From positions 1 to 41,232 of the IMG/VR virus record IMGVR_UViG_3300035148_000256: 41,232 nucleotides of DNA. One strand, written 5' to 3'. The notes below the pieces were generated by a model, which did not search any database, was not told the DNA's origin, and was given only the letters and a program-made list of their open reading frames with translations. Position numbers and translations under genes: made by a program. The stretch comes from a virus. Taxonomy: Duplodnaviria; Caudoviricetes. Positions 26,508 to 34,238 of the stretch are shown here, piece by piece (within the stretch, counting starts at the first letter, position 1; the number at the start of each line of letters is the position of its first letter).

Positions 26508-26895
26508 TCCCGCCCCGGCGAAAACCGCGTGGCAGCGATACGAGGAGGAGTGCCGAGCGACCGCTGCGCTGTTCCCGGCGCCGCCCGCTGCGCCCGAGAA
26601 CGAACGCCGCAAGGCGAAGGGGCAGGCCCGCGCGCTGACCGGCAGCGACCCCGACTGGCGGCTCGCAGCGGGCCGCTGGCTGCAAACGCTCCCGCGCGGG
26701 CATCAGTTCACCTCGGAGGATTTGGTCGCCGCCTGCGGCCTGCCACGGGGCGCCATCGGCACGAACCAGAACAACGCGGTCGGGGCGCTGATCTCCGGGT
26801 ATGCGCGGCGCGGGGTGATCCGCGACACAGGGCGGTGGATCAAATCGCAGCGGGCGTCGAGCCACGCCGCGAAGCTGACCGTGTGGGAGGCGTAG
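26485..26895 (+). CDS. Hypothetical protein, possibly winged-helix
   Basis: GAGGAGACGA RBS; FTSEDL...NAVGA...ARRGVI..TG....S....SH....VW. Confidence 0.7.
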   Translation: MTGKLFDDPAPAKTAWQRYEEECRATAALFPAPPAAPENERRKAKGQARALTGSDPDWRLAAGRWLQTLPRGHQFTSEDLVAACGLPRGAIGTNQNNAVGALISGYARRGVIRDTGRWIKSQRASSHAAKLTVWEA

Positions 26896-26897
26896 GG

Positions 26898-27425
26898 ATG
26901 CAGTATGGGCGGTTCACCTACGGGGTCGAACACATCCGCACCGAGTGGTCGCAGGCCAGCGTCGAGATCGGCAGCTTCACCTCGATCGCGACCGGCTGCA
27001 CCATCATCCTCGGCGGCAATCACGACCCGCTGCGCGGCACGACGTTCCCGTTCGGCTACCGCGACCAGAAGACCTTCCCGTGTGCGCCGAGCGGCTTGCC
27101 ATCCACGCGCGGGCCAGTCAAGATCGGCAACGACGTGTGGATTGGGTCGCACGTGAGCATCATGTCGGGCGTGCGCATCGGCGACGGCGCGGTCGTGGGC
27201 GCCTTCAGCCACGTGGTGTCGAACGTGAAGCCGTATGCCGTGGTCGGGGGAAATCCGGCGCGGCTCTACTACTACCGGCATCCGCCCGAGGTCGTGAAGC
27301 GCCTGCGCGCGATGCGGTGGTGGGACTGGCCGGTGCCGCTGATCGCGGAGGCCGCACCGCTGCTGAATGCGCGCGACCTTGACCCGTTGTTCGCGTGGTG
27401 GGACCGCCACAAGGAGAACACATGA
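26898..27425 (+). CDS. CatB/Vat-related hexapeptide (LbH) O-acetyltransferase
   Basis: IGSFTSIA, IGNDVWIG, GVRIGDGAVVGA, VGGNPAR and WWDW motifs. Confidence 0.9.
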   Translation: MQYGRFTYGVEHIRTEWSQASVEIGSFTSIATGCTIILGGNHDPLRGTTFPFGYRDQKTFPCAPSGLPSTRGPVKIGNDVWIGSHVSIMSGVRIGDGAVVGAFSHVVSNVKPYAVVGGNPARLYYYRHPPEVVKRLRAMRWWDWPVPLIAEAAPLLNARDLDPLFAWWDRHKENT

Positions 27426-27456
27426 ACCGACCGTTGGGCCGCGCTGGAGGGGAACC

Positions 27457-27789
27457 ATGAATCTTGACGAGGCGCTGGCGTGGACGGGCAAGACCATCGA
27501 CGAACGGCTGCGCGAGGCCCGACGTACCGGCACCGACTCGGACTACGACTGGTCAAACGAGGCGTGTATAGACACCCTCGCCGCCGAGGTGCGGCGCTAC
27601 CACTCGATGCGGTGTGAAACCTGTCGATTTTGCGAGCGGCAGGACCGCATCGGGCGGCGCGACCCGTACTGTCTGAAATCGGTGCGCGAACGTAGAGCCG
27701 ATGTCATCTATGGCGACGAGTACAGCCTGTACACGCGCTGTGCCGATCTCGGCGGCGGGTGCCGTGCGTGGGAGAAACGCGATGACTGA
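27457..27789 (+). CDS. Hypothetical Cys-containing protein
   Basis: GGAGG RBS; CETCRFC. Confidence 0.55.
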   Translation: MNLDEALAWTGKTIDERLREARRTGTDSDYDWSNEACIDTLAAEVRRYHSMRCETCRFCERQDRIGRRDPYCLKSVRERRADVIYGDEYSLYTRCADLGGGCRAWEKRDD

Positions 27790-27819
27790 TCGACTCGCGG
27801 CGATCAAGGCGGTGCTGGC

Positions 27820-28299
27820 GTGAACGACGACACGATCGACGCCACGCTGCGGCTCCCCGTCGTCACGGTCAACGAAGCCGCGACGCTGGCGCGCGTGTCG
27901 CGGCGCACGATCTGGAACTGGCTGCAAGAGGGAAAGGTGCGAGGCGTGCGCACCGCAGGGGGCGGCATCCGCATCGAGCGCGCGTCGTTGTGGCGCACGC
28001 GCGTCGAGGACGCGCCGGTCGCGCCTGCGCCCGACACATGGGACCGCCTGTGCGCGCGGGCCGCACAGCACGACGCGGCATGGGCCAACGCGACGCAGGA
28101 TTTCCCGATGGCGTGTGGCTGCGAATACGAGAACCCGTGCGTCGCAGGCGACCCCGATGTGCGCTGGCTGATGCGCGAGGTCGCCCGTCTGCGCACGCGG
28201 TGGGCCAAAGCCCGCGAGGTGGTGGGGCGACCGTCGCGCCCGCCCGAATGGACGAACCCGTTGGCTGACCAGTTGGTCGCACTGGAGAAGGAACCATGA
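27820..28299 (+). CDS. Excisionase/MerR-like HTH domain protein
   Basis: TVNEAATLARVSRRTIWNWLQEGKV..VRTAGGGIRI. Confidence 0.75.
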   Translation: MNDDTIDATLRLPVVTVNEAATLARVSRRTIWNWLQEGKVRGVRTAGGGIRIERASLWRTRVEDAPVAPAPDTWDRLCARAAQHDAAWANATQDFPMACGCEYENPCVAGDPDVRWLMREVARLRTRWAKAREVVGRPSRPPEWTNPLADQLVALEKEP

Positions 28300-28466
28300 T
28301 CTACGTCTTGATCGGCGCCGTGATCGGATTGTTCGTCTACGAAATCTGGAGCGCCGCCAACGAGAAGCGCGGCGACACCATCAGCGAGATCGTGTGGCGC
28401 GCCAGCGACCGCAGCAAGGCGCTGCCGTTCGCCTTCGGGTTCCTGATGGGCCACTTCTTCTGGTAG
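28296..28466 (+). CDS. Small two-TM membrane protein (56 aa)
   Basis: MIYVLIGAVIGLFVYEIW...LPFAFGFLMGHFFW; AAGGA RBS and ATGA overlap; translated by hand. Confidence 0.6.
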   Translation: MIYVLIGAVIGLFVYEIWSAANEKRGDTISEIVWRASDRSKALPFAFGFLMGHFFW

Positions 28467-28471
28467 GGGCC

Positions 28472-28678
28472 ATGATCGCGCGCACACACATCGCCACCGG
28501 ACGCACCGTGGGCTACTGCTCCACCTGCGCGCACTTCACGTTCCACGACGAGGAGGTCGCACGACCGGGCAAATCGCGCTTCGGTCGATGTGCGCTTGAT
28601 ATGATCACCATCGTCGCCGCGTGCGACCGCTACGTGCCGAAGGGGAAGCCGTGCCGGGTGGACGACCAGATAAGTTGA
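28472..28678 (+). CDS. Small Cys-rich protein
   Basis: CSTCAHF...GRC...ACDRY. Confidence 0.5.
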   Translation: MIARTHIATGRTVGYCSTCAHFTFHDEEVARPGKSRFGRCALDMITIVAACDRYVPKGKPCRVDDQIS

Positions 28679-29142
28679 CCGCGCAGGTGCAGGCCAAGTT
28701 CGTTGAAGCCCTCTCGTCGGGCAACTATCGGCACGTGGCCTGCGCCTACGCGGGCATCAGCACGGGCGCGTTCCATCGGTGGATGGCGAAGGCCGCAACG
28801 CAAACACGCGGAAAGTTCGTAGAGTTTCGAAACGCGGTGGAGGAGGCCGAGACCCGCGCGCAGATGCTTCTCGTCGCCGTGGTTGCCTCGCACGCCACAC
28901 GCGACCCCAAGATCGCGATGGAGATGTTGTCGCGCCGCTGGCCGCGCGAGTGGGGCAAGAGCGACCGGCTGGCCGTGACCGCGCAGGCGGCGCCCCCGTT
29001 GGATGCGCTGCCGGATGACGAGTTGAACGCCGCGATCGAGGCGCGGCTGGAGGAAATCGAACACGCACGGCGCCGCCTCGACGGTCGCCGCGAACCGCTG
29101 GTGCTGGAAGCACACGCAGAGGAGACGACCAATGCCGAGTAG
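28651..29142 (+). CDS. terS: Putative terminase small subunit (HTH)
   Basis: GRPDKLT...ALSSGNYRHVACAYAGIS...FHRW...LSRRWPREWG; upstream of TerL. Confidence 0.65.
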   Translation: MPGGRPDKLTAQVQAKFVEALSSGNYRHVACAYAGISTGAFHRWMAKAATQTRGKFVEFRNAVEEAETRAQMLLVAVVASHATRDPKIAMEMLSRRWPREWGKSDRLAVTAQAAPPLDALPDDELNAAIEARLEEIEHARRRLDGRREPLVLEAHAEETTNAE

Positions 29143-29524
29143 AACCCCGACCGCCAACCCGAACCCCGAGCCGCGCACCATCGACCACTTCGACGTCGCC
29201 AGCGGCCACCGGATCGAACTGGACCGCGTGGGCGTGAACGTGGTCATGCGCACCAGCGACGGCAACGAAGACGCAGAGATGCTGCTGGATGTGGATGACG
29301 CCCGCCGCTTGGCGCGCTCGCTCGACTCGGCCACCGTGGACCGGATCTCGCCGCGCCAGTGGTCGCCCTCGGAATCCGCGACCATGTTCGCGCGCTACCT
29401 GCTCACGCGCCCCGGCTATGAGGCGTTGGGGATGACCGTGGCGATGCACCTGCGGCAGTTCATCAGCGACCACGAACTGCACGAAGTGCGCGCCGATTTC
29501 GAAACCTACCGCGTGAGGCGCTGA
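29132..29524 (+). CDS. Hypothetical protein
   Basis: GGAGACGAC at 29121. Confidence 0.65.
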   Translation: MPSRTPTANPNPEPRTIDHFDVASGHRIELDRVGVNVVMRTSDGNEDAEMLLDVDDARRLARSLDSATVDRISPRQWSPSESATMFARYLLTRPGYEALGMTVAMHLRQFISDHELHEVRADFETYRVRR

Positions 29525-29526
29525 CC

Positions 29527-29778
29527 ATGCCGCGCATGGAAGACCACGCGCTCACGCCCGCGCAAGCGGCGGCGCGCTTGAGCGACCCCGGCGTCGAATA
29601 CGAGATCGATTTGGGCGACGGCTGGTCGCTGCCCTTCCGCGTGACGCAGGTGCATGCGCACCAAGGCATCGAGGACGCGACGCCGCGCGACTCGCTGGTG
29701 CGCGTGTTTGCCCGCGTGGGCGCGGTGCAGATCGAATGGCACTGTGAAGCGAGTGGCGCGCCTCGGAGGAGTTCGTGA
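29527..29778 (+). CDS. Hypothetical protein
   Basis: Tightly packed ORF with GAGG RBS. Confidence 0.55.
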   Translation: MPRMEDHALTPAQAAARLSDPGVEYEIDLGDGWSLPFRVTQVHAHQGIEDATPRDSLVRVFARVGAVQIEWHCEASGAPRRSS

Positions 29779-29797
29779 TCAGCGAGCCGCGTTCTGT

Positions 29798-29939
29798 CTC
29801 GGCTGCTCGCGAGCGCGATCGCGATTCCCGCACGTTGTGCGATCCGAGATCGATTCTTGCCTCGGCTGCTCGCGAGATCGGTCGCGGAATCGATGCTCTG
29901 CGTGACCAGAGTGCGACTCCCGCCTCGGCTGCTCGCGAG
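29798..29939. repeat. Three exact 16-bp repeats CTCGGCTGCTCGCGAG at a 63-bp period
   Basis: Starts at 29798, 29861 and 29924; the 47-nt spacers are only about half identical. Confidence 0.9.
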
Positions 29940-29980
29940 TGCAGCGCGAAATCGCGCGATCTCGCAATCGGAGAGTCGTG

Positions 29981-30169
29981 ATGAGGCTGTTGCGCGCCGC
30001 GTGGCTGGCGCTGGTGACGGCGGTCGCCTGCCGCATGAACGAACACTCGCTGATGATGGCGTTGATCATCTCGCACGGTTGGCGCGGCGAGGCTGGTATT
30101 CTACTCGACGGCACGCACTTCGCGGAGTTGACCAAGATGCGCACCGAGGGCGCCCGTGATGACCTGTGA
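29981..30169 (+). CDS. Small hypothetical protein with hydrophobic N-terminus
   Basis: GGAGAG RBS; MRLLRAAWLALVTAVAC. Confidence 0.4.
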   Translation: MRLLRAAWLALVTAVACRMNEHSLMMALIISHGWRGEAGILLDGTHFAELTKMRTEGARDDL

Positions 30170-30923
30170 CCACACCGTGATGGCCCGCCACGGGGCCGCG
30201 CTGGTGGACTGCCCGATCTGCACCAAGCGCGACCTCGACGCCTACCTTGAGCAATACGCGCCGAACCTGAACGCGATTGCCAGCAAGCACGGCACCGACA
30301 AGGCCGCGACCTACCACGACTACTGCCGCACCTACGAGCGATACTTCGGCCCGCGCCGCTACGCCATCAAGCGCGTGCTGGAGATCGGCATCCTGCACGG
30401 GCAATCGCTGCGCACGTGGCGCGACTACTTTCCGAACGCGAACATCGTGGGCGTGGACAACGACCACACCATCTTCGATCTTGGCCCGCGCATCGTGTGC
30501 ATCCACGCCAACGCGCACGACCCGAACGCGCTGGCGGCGCTGGCCGATCAGGGGCCGTGGGACATCATCATCGATGACGGCTCGCACATGGCCGCAGCAC
30601 AGGCGCTCGCGGCCAACGCGCTGCTCCCGTCGTTGGCGCCGCGTGGCTTCTACGTGATCGAGGATTTCGCGACCGGCTATTGGGCCGAGTTCCAATCGGA
30701 CCTGATGCCGCAGCCGTCTGAGGGCGCGCTGGATCTGGCAACGCGCCGCCTGATCAACCGCCTCACCGACGCCGTGAACAAGCGCGGCCTGCGCGCACAT
30801 GGCGACCGCCGCGCGGCGATCTGTTTCGACCACTACGACGAGGGCGATCTGGACTGGTGGGAGTTGAACATCGAGGCTGTGCATCTGCACAACTCGCTGG
30901 TCGTGATCGAGCGTCGCCCGTGA
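30156..30923 (+). CDS. Class I SAM-dependent O-methyltransferase (MycE/TylE sugar-MTase-like)
   Basis: GTDK...HDY...YE.YF, VLEIG...G.SL..W..YF, DIIIDDGSH and GFYVIED motifs. Confidence 0.85.
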   Translation: MMTCDHTVMARHGAALVDCPICTKRDLDAYLEQYAPNLNAIASKHGTDKAATYHDYCRTYERYFGPRRYAIKRVLEIGILHGQSLRTWRDYFPNANIVGVDNDHTIFDLGPRIVCIHANAHDPNALAALADQGPWDIIIDDGSHMAAAQALAANALLPSLAPRGFYVIEDFATGYWAEFQSDLMPQPSEGALDLATRRLINRLTDAVNKRGLRAHGDRRAAICFDHYDEGDLDWWELNIEAVHLHNSLVVIERRP

Positions 30924-32386
30924 TCGACTACGCCGCGACCGCGCACGAATCGCCGCAGCAGGCGCTCCACCGGATGCTGCTTGAGCGCGAGCGTAGGATC
31001 TACGCGGCATCGCTGGCCGAATACGTGCGCGCCGCGTGGCCCGTGGTCGAACCCGGCACCGCCTACAAGCACAACTGGCACATCGAGGCGATCTGCGACT
31101 ACCTTGAGGCGGTCACGCGCGGGGAGTTGACCCGCGTGGTGTTCAACCTGCCGCCGCGCTACATGAAATCCACGTTGATTTCGGTCATGTGGCCGACATG
31201 GGAGTGGACGCGGTCGCCCGAATCGCGCTGGCTGTTCGCCAGCTACGCGGGATCGCTCTCGATCAAGCACAGCATCGACCGCCGCCAGATCATCGAGAGC
31301 GGCTGGTATCAGGAGCGGTGGGGCGATGCCGTGCAGTTGAGCCACGACCAGAACTTGAAGAGCGAGTTCGTGAACACGGCACGCGGCCACATGATCGCGA
31401 CCTCGGTCGGGGGCAGCGCCACGGGCAAGGGCGGCACGCGCATCGTGATCGATGACCCGCACAACCCCCGGCAGGCGTTGTCGGATGTGCAGCGCGCCGA
31501 GGCGATCCGGTTCTTCGACCAGACCACCAGCACGCGACTGGACGACAAGACGCGCGGCGCGATCGTGGTCGTGATGCAGCGGTTGCACGAAGGCGATCTG
31601 ACCAAGCGGTGCCTCGACCTCGGCTACACGCACGTCAAGTTCGAGGCGCTGTGCGAATCGTCGCGCACCTACATCCTCCCGTCTGGTCGCACCATTCAGC
31701 GCGAAGCGGGGAACGTGCTGTGGCCTGCGCGGGAAACCCGTGCGCAGGTCGAGGGGATGAAGCAAGCCCTCGGCGCCTACGGCTTCGCGGGGCAGTATCA
31801 GCAGCGACCAGCGCCCGCAGGCGGCGGGATGTTCAAGCGCGAGTGGTTCCGCACGATCGAGGCGCTCCCGGCGATGGGCCGCACCGCGACCGTGCGCGCA
31901 TGGGACTGCGCGGGAACCGCTGATGGCGGCGACTGGACGGTCGGCGTGAAGATGTCGCGCTACAACACGGGGCTATTCGTGATCGAGCATGTGGTGCGCG
32001 GGCGCTTCAGCAGCGCCACGGTCAACACGCTGATCCAGCAAACCGCGACCGCCGATGGCCGCATCGTGCGCGTGCGCGAGGAGCAGGAGCCGGGATCGAG
32101 CGGGAAGGCCGTGGTGCAGGCCCGCGCGACCATGCTGGCAGGATGGGACTACAAGGGCATCCCGTCCACAGGGGAGAAGACGACGCGCTGGCGCCCGTTC
32201 GCGGTGCAGTGCGAGGTCGGCAACGTGGCGCTGCTCGCGGGGCCGTGGAATGAGCCGTTCCTTGATGAGTTGGCGCTGGTGCCATACGCCGAACACGACG
32301 ATCAGGCCGACGCAGCGGCGACCGCGTTCAACGATCTCACGCTCGGCAACGCAGGCGGTGGCGTGGTGCGGTTGCAGGGGATCTGA
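30920..32386 (+). CDS. terL: Terminase large subunit
   Basis: NLPPRYMKS Walker A, IVIDDPH, MQRLH..DL, AWDCA and HDDQADA motifs. Confidence 0.95.
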   Translation: MIDYAATAHESPQQALHRMLLERERRIYAASLAEYVRAAWPVVEPGTAYKHNWHIEAICDYLEAVTRGELTRVVFNLPPRYMKSTLISVMWPTWEWTRSPESRWLFASYAGSLSIKHSIDRRQIIESGWYQERWGDAVQLSHDQNLKSEFVNTARGHMIATSVGGSATGKGGTRIVIDDPHNPRQALSDVQRAEAIRFFDQTTSTRLDDKTRGAIVVVMQRLHEGDLTKRCLDLGYTHVKFEALCESSRTYILPSGRTIQREAGNVLWPARETRAQVEGMKQALGAYGFAGQYQQRPAPAGGGMFKREWFRTIEALPAMGRTATVRAWDCAGTADGGDWTVGVKMSRYNTGLFVIEHVVRGRFSSATVNTLIQQTATADGRIVRVREEQEPGSSGKAVVQARATMLAGWDYKGIPSTGEKTTRWRPFAVQCEVGNVALLAGPWNEPFLDELALVPYAEHDDQADAAATAFNDLTLGNAGGGVVRLQGI

Positions 32387-32387
32387 C

Positions 32388-32705
32388 ATGCGAGCATGGA
32401 CGGGGCAAGCGGTCGGTGATCGCGCGCAGGTGCGCCGCGAGTTCGCCAAGCGCGCGGTCGTGCGGCCCGTGGTGGAGCGGTGGTTGGGCGTGGACTGGTA
32501 TCCGGCGACGTTCGTGTGCGAGAACGTGCGGATCTGCCGGGAAGCAAATGGCACGGTCAGATGCCGACCATCTGCTAAGATGTTGCGCGTGCGCGCCGAA
32601 CGATGGCGGCTGATCGGGTTCCGCCTGCTGTGGGCGTGGCGGTATGGTCGCCAGTGGGACGAGCAATCGTTGTCGCCGACAACACCGCCGCAGCGCGGGG
32701 CGTGA
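32388..32705 (+). CDS. Arg/Trp-rich hypothetical protein
   Basis: Fills the gap between TerL and portal. Confidence 0.45.
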   Translation: MRAWTGQAVGDRAQVRREFAKRAVVRPVVERWLGVDWYPATFVCENVRICREANGTVRCRPSAKMLRVRAERWRLIGFRLLWAWRYGRQWDEQSLSPTTPPQRGA

Positions 32706-32718
32706 AAGGAGCGAGGCC

Positions 32719-34236
32719 GTGCCAGTAGACTCAAGGCATCTCGACTATGCGTTGGCAAGCGCGCGGTGGGTCCGGTGCCGGGATGCCTTCGGCGGCTCCG
32801 ACGCCATCAAAGCCAAGCGCACCGACTACCTCCCCAAGCTGACCGGCCAAAGCGAAGCCGACTACGACGCCTACTTGAAGCGCGCCATGTTCTATCCGGC
32901 GACCGACCGCACCGTCGTCGGGTTGACCGGGATGGTGACGCGCCGCGAGCCGCAGGTGGTGCAGTGTCCCGCCTCGGTGCTGCCGCACCTGAAGGATGTG
33001 ACGCTCACCGGCCTCTCGCTGGACGATCTGGCCGCGCGCATCGTGACCGAGATCCTGATCGTGGGGCGCGGGGGTGTGCTGGTCGATCTGCCATCAAGCG
33101 GGAGCGAGTTGGCGCGACCGTATTGGGTGTCGTGGAACGCCGAACAGATCATCAACTGGCGCACGGGCAAGGGCAAGAACGGCGAGACGCGCCTCACGAT
33201 GGTCATGCTGCACGAACGCGTCGCCGAAGAGGGCGCGGGCGATCCGTTCACCGACACGCTGGTCGATCAGTTCCGCATGTTGGCGCTGGTGAAAGACACC
33301 TACACGGTCACGATCTGGCGCAAGTCCAAAGAGGGCAACGCATGGGTCGGCCAGCCGCCGATCATTCCCACGCGGCGCGGCAAGACGCTCGACTTCATCC
33401 CGTTCACCTTCGTCGGCCCGCGCACGATCGAGCCGGGGATCGACAAGCCGCCGCTGCTCGACCTTGTCGATGTGAACCTGTCGCACTTCCTCAGCAGCGC
33501 CGACCTTGAACACGGGCGCCACTTCACCGCGCTGCCGACGCCGTGGATCACCGGCTATCAGGACACCAGCGGCCAACCGATGACGATCGGCAGCGGGGCC
33601 GCGTGGACGTTCCAGAATCCCGACGCCAAGGTCGGCATGTTGGAGTTCACGGGGCAGGGCTTGAGCGAGTTGCGCTTGGCGCTCGAATCCAAGGAACGCA
33701 TGATGGCGGTCTTGGGGGCGCGCATGCTGGAGCAGCAGCCGAAGGCGAATGAAACCGCGACCACGGTTATGCTGCGCCAGTCGGGAGAACACGCCACGCT
33801 CGCCACGGTCTCGAAAGCGGTGTCGGCGGCGCTGTCGCGGGCGTTGGGCTGGCACGCATGGTGGGTCGGCAGCTACGAGCCGAACGCCTCGTCGGATGAA
33901 CCAGCGGTCGCGCTGAACACCGATTTCATGGACATGACGCTCACCGCGCAAGAGGTGCAGGCGTTGATGGCGATGTGGCAGGGCGGGGGCATCAGCTACG
34001 AGACGTTCTACTACAACCTCCAGCGCGGCGAATGGGCGCGCCCGAACATCACGGTCGAGGACGAGAAGGACGCGATCGCGGCTGAGGAGGATCAGGCTGA
34101 GGCCGACCGCATCGAAGCGGGCCTGCCGCTTCCCGGCGAGGAACTGCCGCCCGAAGAGGGCGACGATGGCGAGGACGCAGGCGAGGACGGCACCGAGGGC
34201 GCAGGTGAGGATGGCACCGACGAATCGGCTGACTAA
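32719..34236 (+). CDS. Portal protein (DUF4055 type)
   Basis: YLP...Y..YL.RA.FY and PPLLDL..VNL.H...SAD motifs; acidic tail; position after TerL. Confidence 0.88.
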   Translation: MPVDSRHLDYALASARWVRCRDAFGGSDAIKAKRTDYLPKLTGQSEADYDAYLKRAMFYPATDRTVVGLTGMVTRREPQVVQCPASVLPHLKDVTLTGLSLDDLAARIVTEILIVGRGGVLVDLPSSGSELARPYWVSWNAEQIINWRTGKGKNGETRLTMVMLHERVAEEGAGDPFTDTLVDQFRMLALVKDTYTVTIWRKSKEGNAWVGQPPIIPTRRGKTLDFIPFTFVGPRTIEPGIDKPPLLDLVDVNLSHFLSSADLEHGRHFTALPTPWITGYQDTSGQPMTIGSGAAWTFQNPDAKVGMLEFTGQGLSELRLALESKERMMAVLGARMLEQQPKANETATTVMLRQSGEHATLATVSKAVSAALSRALGWHAWWVGSYEPNASSDEPAVALNTDFMDMTLTAQEVQALMAMWQGGGISYETFYYNLQRGEWARPNITVEDEKDAIAAEEDQAEADRIEAGLPLPGEELPPEEGDDGEDAGEDGTEGAGEDGTDESAD

Positions 34237-34238
34237 TC

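Noticed and set aside
26898-27425. Chloramphenicol/streptogramin resistance gene (catB/vat)
   Set aside because: The LbH motifs are shared with many sugar O-acetyltransferases, so resistance cannot be inferred from them.
27820-28299. Excisionase as evidence of integration
   Set aside because: This HTH type is common in phage late-middle regions, and no integrase or att site is visible.
29798-29939. The 16-bp repeats as a mini-CRISPR or TIGR-type guide array
   Set aside because: Repeats are too short, the 47-nt spacers resemble each other (a degenerate tandem repeat), and no Cas or Nop-domain gene is recognisable in the window.
34177-34224. 24-bp imperfect duplication (AGEDGTEG/AGEDGTDE) in the portal tail
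   Set aside because: Ordinary slippage in a low-complexity acidic tail.
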